Source: Tubulanus polymorphus (lineage: Eukaryota > Animalia > Nemertea). From it: a stretch of DNA of 64,000 nt. Both the position numbers and the translations under genes were made by a program. Positions 38,819 through 51,555 of this stretch are shown here, piece by piece (position 1 is the stretch's first letter; each line of letters starts with the position of its first letter). The stretch lies in contig NC_134027.1 in NCBI RefSeq assembly GCF_964204645.1, forward strand, positions 22,220,560 to 22,284,559. Direction: 5' to 3'. A model generated the notes under the pieces. That model was not told the DNA's origin, made no database searches, and saw only the letters and a list, made by a program, of their open reading frames with translations.

Positions 38819-41800
38819 AATAATGCCCTAAAATCCCACAATTACAGAACGAATGTCGAATATTGATGTATATTATATAGTCGATCTAATTAAACCGGTC
38901 AAGCTTTGTGTACGGCATTAAAGTGCGTGTGTCAAGTAACACTGCGTTCACCGGTTAGTGTTATAACAGCAAATGACCGTTGACAGTCGACAGCTAGAGT
39001 AAACGATGAAAATAGGTTACAGCCTGTCCACCGGTCGACCATTACTTAAGCTATTTCACCCGCCTTTACATCAATTTCATCAATTATTCATAATTCTTAA
39101 TGTTTCTTATAGATCCATCGCGTAGACAATTATAAGGTAGATAATGTAATGTCAATATTTCGAAATGCCAAAACTGCACTAGTGCAGCATTTATAATTTA
39201 TTCACCAGAGCATTTCCAACCGGGTAACTGTTTTGGTAGTTGTTCTTCCGTGTTGTACCATTGGATCTTCTGGTCATTGTGGTTCCTCGACCTGCTTATG
39301 ATCCTCTTAATGTAAAACAACTCGCACGACTTATTAAGTCTATCTATCCATCTTTATTTTCTGTTGGTCGGATGTATACATTCTACGTATCTCTAAACGC
39401 CCTCTCTACGACGTGTGCAGGCCCTTAACTACACATGGTTTGGTATTCACAGATTGTTACGCGATCATACGTCCTAACATTCCACCGACCCATGTATGGA
39501 GTGTTTACATTCCTCCACACGCCACATTATTCTGAAAAAAAATTCTTTTTGCACTCGCCGTAGCCCATGGCCTAACCATTGGTTTCGCTATGAGAATTTT
39601 CAAGTTATTCCAAGACATGTTTATTTACATAACTATTTATTGTTATGCATGGCGCCAGTAGAGTCTGATGATAGCAACACTGGCCATGAACTCCAACTCT
39701 CGTATTTTCTTGTTCGCTATTTATTGTTCAACCGCTGATAGCCGAAAGCTCAATAATATATTTCCTGAAAGCCCAACAATATATTTCCTAAAAGCTAAAA
39801 AACCGATTTAACTATTTCCGACACCAGGCAAGTTGACTTGTAAATGAACCTGCCTAGCGTTGAAAACCACATTCACGAATAAACGCACCACAATTTCCGT
39901 ATAAGGAAAATGTATCTCTCAATACAGATTCAAGCATGAATCCCGACGTATCAACCTTTTCGGAGTCTTTCTTTTTGCATCATGGAATCTTACCTATCAT
40001 CGTTTCAACACGGACAGTGGGTTTCACCAAGGTGGAAAATATGCCTTTCCATTTACTTAAGGCCACGCAAAGAAATACCTTAGTTTTGTAATAATTTATT
40101 GGAAAGTAACGAGAGGGGTTAAATTTTATTTCAATTGCTTTAAAAAAGATTGAAATACAAAGTTCAACCAGAGACTTATAGAAGAGACGCCAGAGGGAAG
40201 TTTTTCTACTAATGCCACGAACAAATACTAGTAATGCAAGAAGAACATGTGCAGAAACTTAATTTAGAATTAAGAAGCTACTAAAACCTAAAAAATCAAA
40301 CTATATCGACTCATATCGAAACGGAGACAACAATTTTCGCTATTTTCACGCTTCATCGAAATGAGGTAAAATGAAACGAACTCAACCGTTGTCACAGTAA
40401 AATGTGGATTACCTATTTGGGAGGGTGAGCATATAAACGACCGCAGAATAAAAACGCTGTCGCACAATATACAGCTATGTGGGCGAACAGATTTTGATTT
40501 TTGTTGAGAAAATTGATGCTTTCCCGGTGCGGGTGAGCGCATTTGCTTTTTTTTTTTATTGGGGAACTTGTTTATGACGCGGGCGGCATTTGACTGTCTT
40601 AAGATACTAGGGTATTTCTTTGAAATGGCACTAAATATTCCTAATATTTCCAATGCATATTTCTCATAGCATGAATAGTTTAGAAATATCGCTTTCATTC
40701 CCAAAACCACTTTGGATTCGAAAAACTCTAGCACACCGAATGCTCGTCTTTTCGGAGAATGTGCATTCTCTTGCACCTGTTCTGCCTCTCACTGAAATTC
40801 CATATTTGAACTTCAATCGACCATTTATCAGAAGTTTTGGAGTCTTATTTATTATGTTGACAGTCAAATGACATATACATTTGCGGGAAAAGTTACAAAA
40901 TGTCAAATTATGAGGTACGCACACCCAAAACTAAGCGAAATATCCCAAAAAGATCGTGGACAATCAAAAATAAATAGACTTTAGTCGTGATTGCTTCCTT
41001 CAATCAGCTAGGCGTGGGAGATTAAAGCCGGGCGTAGGTCGGCTTTGTATACAACTGGGCAAAAATACGTCATGCATGGTTGAGCGCTACCGTGTTTTTG
41101 AATGGCTTTAAAAATTGAGAAGAGCCAAAATTACAGATTGTTCCATTGTGTATATTCAATGTTGATGACCAGTTGCCAGGTGAAAAAAAATTGATTCAAA
41201 ATCACGAAATTACTGGTTTACATTCCGTGTGATGTTTCCCTGTGGATAATTGAAAAAACCAAGGTATTTAAACTATCGCCAGCAGGAATTGAAGATTTCG
41301 TGTTCAGAAGGTAACAGATTTTGAGAAATTTTGAATCCGATGTGTCAATATTCGACGTCGAGCTCAACAGTGCATTGGTTAGAATGGTTATGAAGGTGAA
41401 CAAGTTTCAGAGAAGCTTAATTAGTAAAGCGGAGCAATTCTTATATTAAGGAGATATCTGTCTGTGTTGATATGATTATCATGTCCTCAATCCTAATTGA
41501 CAGCGGATCATTTATTGATAAACGCTCCTAATGCAATAATCCTTATCACTTGTATTGGTTCGACTTGGTTCGATACGGTTCGTATTTGCCTCACAATAAC
41601 GTGCACACCGTGAATGTAAAGCGCCCGCACGACATCCAGGAGCATCGTTGCCTAATTTAGTTTCACAACTTGTACCAAAAGCTACAACGTTAATTATACA
41701 TGTACTTCGATCAGCTTTCATCATGAACTGAAATAGTTGACTGTATACGACTCATTCCTTTTATCATAATGAAAAAGAACTTTTCCAGTAAAATGGGATT

Positions 41801-41880
41801 CTTTCTTGTCCTCTTTGATATCAGATGTAGGTATTTGTGTTTGTTTAAAAGCAAGATTAACGGTGATCGGATATATATCA

Positions 41881-42482
41881 GGCCACACCAAAAAATCCTG
41901 TTTCTCGCGTGGGGCAATCACCAAAATGGGTAGGTAGGACATTTTCTTTTCCTTTTATGGAAAAAAAATATCGTTTATTCTTCTATCAGTGGGTAGGTTG
42001 CCGTAAATAATTTTTACTGGACTAAATTTTTAGTCAGGAATATGATTAACAGCTAGTAGACCACAATAATAAAAGGAAATTGAGGTGTTTGTACAATTAA
42101 CTATATAAAAAACTATATTTTGAACATATTTCACGGAATTCCTGGAATTTTACAATCCAAGGTCGCCATCAATGTCCGATTAGCAAAGTTGTCTGAGCAT
42201 GGCTGAGCCATTTCCAGAATCAAATTTTAAATCCGATATAATGAAATGTTTTTATGATGTTGATCTCAGTGCCGACATCACGATTTGATATAAAAAAAAT
42301 TTACGAGAAAGGAGAGTTTGGTAGTCGGTCGGCCACATATATATTTTTGAAAAAAGTTATTTCACCCAAAATTTTCAAAAAGGGTCGGTAGGCGATTATA
42401 CTTTATTTTGAAAATGATTATTTGAAATGGGGAAATATCGGGTCGGTCGGGACGGAAAACAGGGTTTTCTTTTGGTGTGGCC
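41881..42482. mobile_element. PIF/Harbinger-type MITE, unit 3 copy
   Basis: Same TIR and TSD as 18361-18965. Confidence 0.8.
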
Positions 42483-42805
42483 TCACTGGGATCTGCTGTA
42501 AATTCATATACTTAATATAAAATGACTACTGAATATATCACAAGGTTATACAACCGACGGGATGTAGCCGAATCTCGTTGATAAAAACACCTAGTTCTGT
42601 TTGGATTTTGGACTTAATCCTGACTGAATATAGCCTCTGGGTTCTTAGTTATAACGATGAAATACATACAACTCGATTGAAGTGATTACAAAGTCAGATA
42701 ACATATGCATCCACAATAAGTCGAGTCGATGTCGAAGCTTTTTTCTCAAACGACGCTGGAAGATATTTGAAACACATGCATAAACACGGGAGTATCGTGT
42801 CCGTT

Positions 42806-43870
42806 CTAATCGCAACGCGTTTGTCTTAAACAGCGACACGCCCTCCCAAAACCTTTTAACAATTTCACCGTTTCGACCCTGAATCTATCGTTGGTTGCAC
42901 AATATACGAAATAATTCATGGTTGAGTCTAATGGAGTCATTATGTCGGATCCTATCATTGATAGCTTTCCCATCACGTCTGGATCGTTATGTCTCGGCTG
43001 TGGCAAGCCTGCTTGCACAAGGATATATTCATAAACGCCAATCGACGTAGGAAATTCTAAAACGATGAACAACATAACAATGGCAACCGCCATTCTAGTA
43101 GCTTTCCGATCGACACTGCTAAACCTCGAATCCTGGGTGCCGAGCTGTTTTCTTCTTTTGCCAATTTGTCTTAACACAATTACGAGAGCCATATTGAGGA
43201 TAATGAGAAATAAAACTGGTATTAAATTTGTGAAAAGCGATGTCAAAACTAATTCTACGTAATATGTTATTTGGTTTTCAATTCGACTTAATTTTCTTTT
43301 CGTTATTGCCGGAACGTACATTCCAGTACAGACATCCCGCCAATAGTAGTGAGTCCCGTGATTCAGAAAAGCGCTCAGTCCGAGGCATGCGAAGAAAACG
43401 TATAGCGCACAAACGCATTTAAGTAAGCGTCGTTTGGTGACGTGAGCCTGCGCAAACAACGGGAAACCAAGACTTATTACCCGTTCAGTAATTATCAGTA
43501 CCGTTATCCAATTCCTTGTCAATTTCGTCGATCGGTTGAAGAGTTGCATGGCAAAATAAATCCAATGAAATCCAAAATACGTCGCTCCACGTGGACGGCG
43601 TTCAAGCACAGCCCCATAAACCAAAAAGTCGAGCACCGGCCGAACGACATCGCGAATGAATTTGACGATGAGAAATAAGATATCAGCGACAGCCAAAGTT
43701 CGGAGGAGAAATAGCGACCTATGCTGTGACGACTGTCGTTTTAGAATCACAATACTGAGACTGTTGAGTAAAATACCCGAAGTAAGCAATACGGGCACAC
43801 ATGAGACCCGCAGTACGAACCGATCCGATATGATGAAATTTTCATCACACGTTGGTGTACTATTCGTCAT
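42806..43870 (-). CDS. Single-exon class A GPCR, FMRFamide/sex-peptide-receptor-like, 354 aa
   Basis: GILLNSLS (TM1), LAVAD (TM2), TRNWITVLIITERVISLGFP (TM3), FIVLEFP (TM6) and DSTMNYFVYCATNDRFR (TM7/H8). Confidence 0.9.
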   Translation of the reverse strand: MTNSTPTCDENFIISDRFVLRVSCVPVLLTSGILLNSLSIVILKRQSSQHRSLFLLRTLAVADILFLIVKFIRDVVRPVLDFLVYGAVLERRPRGATYFGFHWIYFAMQLFNRSTKLTRNWITVLIITERVISLGFPLFAQAHVTKRRLLKCVCALYVFFACLGLSAFLNHGTHYYWRDVCTGMYVPAITKRKLSRIENQITYYVELVLTSLFTNLIPVLFLIILNMALVIVLRQIGKRRKQLGTQDSRFSSVDRKATRMAVAIVMLFIVLEFPTSIGVYEYILVQAGLPQPRHNDPDVMGKLSMIGSDIMTPLDSTMNYFVYCATNDRFRVETVKLLKGFGRACRCLRQTRCD

Positions 43871-44117
43871 TGTGATTGCCGCATTAGCACGTCGCGAATT
43901 ACGCGTTAAATTGATTCTGACGTCGGCAGTATTTCAAAACACACGACTGAAATTCCGATGCATTATCAAATTATCTTATTCCCCGTGTGTCAATATGTTT
44001 AAATGTCTCTATCACAACTACGTAAGCAACCTTCATACTGCTTTATGCAGAAATCTTTATGATATAGTGTTGGTAAAATAAATATATTCCGAAGAAATTA
44101 GTCTGCCCATTGGATTG

Positions 44118-44340
<223 letters not shown>

Positions 44341-44667
44341 GCAGTTAACGTTGGAAAGTCATTATTAACTAACTGCGGTATCTCAAACATTGAAATTCGA
44401 TTTTCTTCTTCGATTTCACACGGCGAAAGACTTGGCGGCGCCATCGACTCATCTCTAACCACATCTTCGTATATATCAGATATCGTTTTAATGATGCGGA
44501 AGACTTAGGTTACATTTCGTACGAGACGTCGTGGATATCACAGTTCGGTATTATGAGATAGCTTCTATTCAATTCCAACGGTACTTTAAAAAGCACTGTA
44601 ACGTATATCAAATTGCTATAGCATCCATCGTTCTACGCGAGGCGATCTTTATAAAACAACCTTCGAA

Positions 44668-45642
44668 ATGAAATTGACCAATCACACTTCCAACGAAATC
44701 GGTCGGCCCTATTTCGCTTTTATGATTTTTACCAGTCTTTCGAATCGACCGACGGCGAAATTGATGTCCGTCGGAAGCTTTTCCCATTTCGTTTCGCCGT
44801 GCGTTTTTGCCCTCAGTCTCTTCGGGAACACGGCCAGTTGCCTGGTCATGACCAGCGCGAAATTTCGCCGCCTTTCCTACGCGAACTATCTCGCGGCGTT
44901 ATCGCTGACGGATTTCGGCACGTCTTTCGGCTTCTCGTGTATGCCGTTCGTTCGTTACCTCGTCGAACTCAACGGCAACGTCGTCGATATCGGACTAAGT
45001 GACGTTCTGGTGTGCCGAATTTACGAATTCGTTTTCAACTTTTGCATCTACTGTAGCTCGTGGTTTATCGTCGTCATCTCGGTCGAATGACTAGCGCTGG
45101 TTCTCTATCCTATGATGACGCGTGTGCTGTGCACGGCGGGTTTCGCGCGCCTGGTCGTCGCCGGAGTGTTAGTCGTCAACGGCATCGTCGCCACGCCTCA
45201 TATCATCCTAATGCATTATACGGTCCGAATAGAATGTTACTACGAACTGACCGAACAGCAAAGTTTATTCAGCTTCATCGTCACGTATATCTACGTTATT
45301 CCCATTACGCTGATCATTATTTCGAATTGTATTATCATCGGCACTTTGTACCAGCAACGCGATTTCGGAACGGGAAGCGTAAAACTAGCGCGGACTAGAC
45401 AAACTACTATAATGCTTGTGACGGTCAGTTGCATTTTTGCAGCGACTACTTTGCCGACTACGTCCACCGCATTTAGGGTTTCAGCGTCAGCCGGTATGCA
45501 GACCGTTCTAACCGGTTTGTCCTTGCTACAAAGTTTCAACTACGCGATCAATTTCTACATTTATTTACTACTAGGAAAGGATGTTAGGTGTTTCGTAATG
45601 GCGAAAATATGTTGGTTCGTTAAGAACGAAAAGAAGGTATAG
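44668..45642 (+). pseudogene. Class A GPCR with a single in-frame TGA at the E-R-L Arg (pseudogene or readthrough gene)
   Basis: ORFs 44668-45090 and 45112-45642 share one frame: ...SSWFIVVISVE*LALVLYP...; GN, LSLTD, TLP and NYAINFYIY motifs are intact. Confidence 0.85.
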
Positions 45643-47450
45643 CGTTTTCGCGTGTTAGCCGATGTTTGAGGGAATGCACATGAACATCTATTGCTACGAT
45701 GATTGATTGTTATTATATTTTCATACTGTATCGTATTGTATAACTACATATATTCGTATCAATCGATTATGCAAAATAAACTATACTATTTAGAATGCCT
45801 ACTTCTCTACGCAAATCATCTAGCCACGTTATCGCTTATGAATTTTGCACGTCTAACGTTTTTTACGTGAATATTTTCGCGTGTTGGCCGATAGTGAAAT
45901 ATACAATAAGTATACAAGTGAAATTTGAAGGGGAGAATCAGTATATTGGTTTTATAAAAACAATTGCAACTTCAAAGAACGTAGGTGTCGACCCGATTAA
46001 CAACTGAATTAACCAGGGGCCTAGCGCCACTGAGTGGATTACTGTTACTACGCTTGAAGTTCTCGAGGGTCTCAAATGAATGAATGAATGCTTTATTTTC
46101 AAATATGATTTAGAGCATAGCGTACAAAGCAGAATACAAAATACAGTAAATAAAACTTAATACAATTAATCTACTACCACTTGCAGCACATTAATCGAGA
46201 ATAGCACCGTCGTCTCCACGGTTTAACGAACAAACGAACTCTAAAACAAAAGCTAGATCAGATTGGAACGATTGATTTCATTTAAAAAAATACTCTGAAG
46301 TTGGGCGTGAAGTACTCTGCCCAAAAGAAGGAATAAGAGCAATGGTTTGAGATCTACGTATATCATGCATTTTAATTTCTCTTCATTTTAGAACAATGTT
46401 AATTCATCAAACAGTTTTCGCGAAGAACTTATTTATATAGTTGCAAGCTGCCATTTTGTTGATAATCTTGTCCTGAATTGTTGGGAGGTTTTTATGGTGA
46501 CTGATTCTCTTTTCTGGAATTATTTGTGATGTGTGAAATAAGACAAAAAGATGAAAATCTGAAAAAAATATCTTCGTTTTTACACTTGACAAAATCCATC
46601 CGAGTATTTCAAATCGAGCAAAGATATAATTGTGCATGATCTTGAAGGGCAAGAGTGATCAGAATCCGAGGGGTACGTACTTTGGTTCTTCTGAACTCGT
46701 TTTGTTTACTGACTCTGTTTCGCGTGGATCAAATCCTCCAGGTGAATAGAAAACAGAAAAGAACTGATCGATGTGATAGATTAAACAAAATGTCATTTGG
46801 GGATAATGTAGTGTCTTAATTCATATTCCCAAGCCATGATATTGATTGATGCGTCTATTTCTTACGAATCCTTATGGTTTATCCGAAAGAGGGGAAGGGG
46901 GTAGAGATAAGGTTTGAAAGTTTAACCGAGAGAACGTGGAGCAGCTGGTTCTGCTAATCATTCATCCGCCTATAATCGAATTACTAAGTTTTCTACACAC
47001 AAACACACAAAATTACTTCCTATGTATATCACGTTTTAAGAGATATCACCAACATTTATAAATCTCAATTTGTATGGCCTGATACTTGAATAAACCTAGA
47101 TTTCGAATAACGTCGGTGAGTCTGACAAATCGATCTGATACTGTCTGGTTAACTACGATTGCCTCGTTTTTCATTGATTTTAACTTTGACTATGCACATC
47201 ATAAATACACATAGCCTACTTTCTCCACGGTGTATGTCGAGACAGGGACAAGTTTTTTAATTGGAAACTTAATATTGGAATCGTTGCAGGCACTTTCATA
47301 ATTACGTTTCGATTACACGGTGAACGAATGTTCGGTGCCATTAACCATTGTACCTTCCGTGTTATCATGTATCGCGATTATATTGGTTTCAGCTTTTTGA
47401 AGGCGTTTATCGCAGTTTAACAAGAGTTTCATTAATTTCAGTATAGTGCG

Positions 47451-48548
47451 ATGCTCGATTTTAACATTTCGAGTGGAAGCACCGAATTGACAACACGACC
47501 CAACCTGTGCCAGATTTTTAAAGCTCGCCCGGTTGAATGGCTCAACAAATTCAGTGTTTATGTATACCTAGGCTGGTATCTACCGGCATCCGTACTTGGT
47601 ATAATATGCAACGCATTCACGGTATCAGTTCTAAAACAATTCAAATCCGATAACTATTTTCTTATCAAAGTTCTCGCTTTAAACGATCTGCTGTTTATGA
47701 TCGCTACATTCGTTCTGTATCCGCTGAGAACTGCGTACATTTACACCGTTCTGGGAGATATTTTATTTCGCAGAAATGACTGGATTTTCGGCTTCGTTTT
47801 CATCTCAGTCGCCTTGCCGTTTTTCTACATGTTTCAAATGACGCGTAACTGGTGCACTGTACTGCTCAGTCTAGAGCGGTTAATCGTCGTTTTGTTCCCG
47901 ATAAAATCTCGTAAATTGCCCAAAAAATTACTCTTAGTAGTGGCGATGATGTTCGTTGCATTATTAAGTTTCTGTGGTCATTTTATTCACTTTCTACCCT
48001 CCAATCACATTCAATTCATGAACTGTCCTGACAATTGGCCGTACATTACGATGCGTGGTAAAGCTGTGAACTGGAATGGTTGGATTGAGCATACGAAATG
48101 GAAGTTCAAAGTATCTACACATTTTCTATTCATGTATCTTACTGTTATGATCCCAGTATGCTTTTTAGCGGCTATAAATATTCTGCTTATTTCTGTGACA
48201 TTGTTCCGTCGAGTGAGTCGACGTTCAGAGCTCGGTGTAACGTCTAACGAGTCGTCTAAACGAGAAATGAGGGTTTTAAGGATGGTTTTATCAGTAGTTA
48301 TGTTGTTCATCATTTGTGAAGGTTTTGGTTTTATCGACCGTTTAATGAACTTAAGATATGTCCCCAAGCTCGTGGGCATGAGGGTGATAGCTTTAGCATT
48401 CTCCATCATCGATTCGTCTGTAAATTTTTTCGTGTATTGTCTGACGAATGACAAGTTCAGAAAAGTAGCTTTTGATATTCTTGGTCACAACTGCTGTAAG
48501 AGTAACGGTAAAATTGATTCAATCAAATCACGAGGATTGTGCATATAA
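47451..48548 (+). CDS. Single-exon class A GPCR, FMRFamide-receptor-like, 365 aa
   Basis: GIICN, LALND, TRNWCTVLLSLERLIVVLFP, FIICE and DSSVNFFVYCLTNDKFR; same subfamily as 42806-43870. Confidence 0.9.
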   Translation: MLDFNISSGSTELTTRPNLCQIFKARPVEWLNKFSVYVYLGWYLPASVLGIICNAFTVSVLKQFKSDNYFLIKVLALNDLLFMIATFVLYPLRTAYIYTVLGDILFRRNDWIFGFVFISVALPFFYMFQMTRNWCTVLLSLERLIVVLFPIKSRKLPKKLLLVVAMMFVALLSFCGHFIHFLPSNHIQFMNCPDNWPYITMRGKAVNWNGWIEHTKWKFKVSTHFLFMYLTVMIPVCFLAAINILLISVTLFRRVSRRSELGVTSNESSKREMRVLRMVLSVVMLFIICEGFGFIDRLMNLRYVPKLVGMRVIALAFSIIDSSVNFFVYCLTNDKFRKVAFDILGHNCCKSNGKIDSIKSRGLCI

Positions 48549-48772
48549 ATGATTGTGTGGGGATAAAATTGCAATAGATTTCCCTTCAAACCCGTCCAAC
48601 AAGGGACGAAGTCACATCTCAAACATCGGAGACATTACTCCCAATTCGGCAAAAAGATGATGAAAAGTTCACCATGGACTATGCGACCGACTCAATATCT
48701 TATGATTTCATCCATGAATACCGACAGTTCTAAGCAACATTACAGAAGTTCTAAGTAACATTACGGTCACTA

Positions 48773-48885
48773 AATCTCCCACGCCTAGCCGATAGAAGAA
48801 AGCAATCACGACTAAAGTCTATTTATTTTTGATTGTCCACGATCTTTTTGGGATATTTCGCTTAGTTTTGGGTGTGCATACCTCA
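48773..48885 (-). repeat. ~113-bp dispersed fragment of the segment at 17391-17503 / 40911-41023 (mirror copy 52549-52661)
   Basis: Reverse complement of tgaggtatgcacacccaaaa...ggctaggcgtgggagatt. Confidence 0.85.
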
Positions 48886-49650
48886 AAACACACCTGGCTT
48901 TGTCAAAGCTATCAAAACAATGCCGTTTGGAAATGATTTAGGCCTGTGATAGCGTAACCATTGCGGCCGTGCCAGCGTAGTGAAACACGTGCGAGCAATG
49001 TCCTCTCCCCTTAAAAAATAAACTTACCCAGATCACATGGTGATCCGAGTAAATAAATTGAAATCTATAAGACTGCTTGTAAGAAGTATCTAGAGACCAC
49101 TGTTCATAATGATAACCGAATTTTGGTACTCAAAACCATTAATATCATTAGAATCGACGTTTCGTGCAAGATTTCTAGATTTGTCGCGTGAGAGGACCTA
49201 TGTTCCGTGACCGGCCGGCATCCTCTCAGGGGGGTGCGACAGTTAAGTTGATTGGGGAATGTATTTCCAATCGATGTTGTTGTTGTAATTGTTATAGATT
49301 TTGATTTTGTTTTTGTGCTCTTAGCAATTGTATTTTGTCGAGCAATAAAACATATTCTATTCTATGGAATTGAACCTGACAAAATACAAGTGGCGGACTA
49401 CTCACGGGGAGATATCCTTATCAACTAAGGTTTTATGCGGTATTAGTATTTGAACATTAAATCGCCACATTGCTATGTAGAATGAAAATCCAATTTCAAT
49501 TGGATTACGGTTGCTAGTGCATCAAATCGTGGTGGGATACAGTGAAGATGTTTCAGCCGTTTTCATCCATGTCGTACGGTCGTTTCCATTGATGTATCAA
49601 TCATGGATCAATATTATTGATTGAATCCTTTGGAAATCACTTCTTTTCAG

Positions 49651-50346
49651 GATTACGTCATCGTAAAGAACGATTTCACCCACGCGGATGTTGTCTGTAA
49701 CCCGGCCAATATCAGAGTCGGTTACGGAGATGCAAAGGCGTGTAGTTATTCGAATAGCCACATGGGGGCAGCACGTATCGACCTGACTGACACTGGATTC
49801 AAGTTACAAGATGGCGTACGTATTTCTTCGAGCTATTGCTTACCAATGATAATAGAGCTTTATGATTATTCTGCAGAAAACCCAATTGGTATTGATATCA
49901 TTTTTTCATTCCGCATTCTTTTCGCTAGGCAAATAAAAAACAATCTTCCTTACGTTACCGCTTTTTCGGATAAAATCAACAGTTTTTCCAATCAGCAATA
50001 TTGTCTACCGAAAAAAACATTCACGTAATCTTATAGCCAATATGACGTATATACGTTAATAATACTCGTTATATTGGTTCAAAGCCTATCTAAACCTCCC
50101 ATGTGTTATACACTCTTTTTCACATAACCGACTCCCGAATTGCGGACCCTCGTTTTACTTCATAGACAAAAAGAAAAATGTAGTCGTTACTGTTCTGATT
50201 TTCAGATAATATGGCGAAATACCGGATATGGTGGAAAGAACATGATCGGGCCAACATTCTCGTCTAATCGGCAAATAATGAATGTTAGATGTCGGGCCCA
50301 GTGTGGAGGCTGTTACAGTGATGCTCTTCGACTAGTACCTGTTTGA
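49651..50346 (+). CDS. Orphan last two exons of a divergent GON-domain paralog (5' exons absent)
   Basis: Exons 49651-49815 (ttttcag|DYVIVKND...FKLQDG|gtacgt) and 50206-50346 (ttttcag|IIWRNTGYG...CRAQCGGCYSDALRLVPV*). Same phases as exons 4 and 5 of the PAN-GON gene; 32/55 identities to copy 1 exon 4 by manual alignment. Confidence 0.8.
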
Positions 50347-51460
50347 AATGTACACATAAATGTTTCGCCGACAACGGACAAACATAACATTTTTGAACGC
50401 CCGATTATCAAACGTTGAATATGACTGAAAGTCATTTCTTTTGTTCCGATGACTCTTTTTACGAAATTGATGACAGGCCTATTCTCCGCATGGCTTTTTG
50501 AGGAACTTCGAATGCTTGAATCAGCTATCTGTACTGACATTTTTGTTCTTGTTATTTTGTTATTAGAAAAGAGAGTCATGAAATACACTTAATGAAAAAA
50601 TTCACAATCATAATCATGTTATTTGAAACTCCAATATTGATGACGTAGTGCACATCGACTCGCACAGAACCCCTCGAATAATGCGTAAAAGTTATCACTG
50701 TATATTAAGATTATTTCTAACTGTTTGTACGCCATCAAAATTCAAGTTAAAACCAATTCAAGTGTAACGAATAGTTTCAAACATGAGAAATCAACTTAGA
50801 AAATTAAGAATCTCTCGCTTTTTGAGAACATTTCTGGTTATTCTACCGTTTTGGCATGCAAGCATCGCCCATATTAGACCCGTCCAAAATCAGTCAGCAT
50901 ATCAATCCGCCTTCATTCGCCAAGTTTCTTCCGAATTTAGCTTGATGCATTCAGATCTTTAACCAAGGTGGTTTTCAGAAGTTTAAGAAATGTGCTTTTT
51001 GATGAAAGAAGATAGAAGAAGAAGGATTATTCTACCGGTCCATCATCTCTTGACTGAAATACGTGCTGTGTAAATAGATATATGTGAGCGATAAATGAAA
51101 ATTTTTATTTAGCATATACGTAAGCAACAACGATATTTCGTGATTCTGTTTATCTGATAGTGATTTCTATTCTTTAGACACGATCAGAGCGATGAATTAG
51201 AAATTATACATTCACTTGATGAAAATGCGCAGCTTCGAATCGTAAATTCACAAGATTTGGTCCTCTTCGATCTGCAATGAAGGTGTTACCATAAACAAGT
51301 TTGGAAGGTTGAACTATCATGAATTAAATATGTTCAACTTAGCAGTAAATAGGTTAGATTGGATTGTGCTTTCAACAACTCTTCATCCAGAATCGTCCAT
51401 CTAGTAAAATGGTCTCAGACACCCAGATATTTTTCAACCACGTTTTTGGCATATGTTACA

Positions 51461-51555
51461 TGTGTGTGCGTGTGTGTGTGCGTGCGTGCGTGCGTGCGTG
51501 CGTGCTTGTGTGCGTGCGTGCGTGCGTGCGTGCGAGCGAGCGAGCGTGTGTGTGT
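51461..51555. repeat. (TG)n/(TGCG)n/(AGCG)n compound microsatellite
   Basis: Visible tract. Confidence 0.95.

Noticed and set aside
45088-45090. In-frame TGA as selenocysteine
   Set aside because: The position corresponds to Arg rather than Cys, and I could not identify a SECIS in the 3' region.
48011-48454. 147-aa antisense ORF (and 43656-44081, 57313-57729, 52980-53423)
   Set aside because: Shadow ORFs on the opposite strand of GPCR genes.
50620-50740. Segment similar to intron 4 of the PAN-GON genes (about 15045-15150)
   Set aside because: Lies after the paralog's stop codon rather than in its intron; probably a small dispersed repeat.
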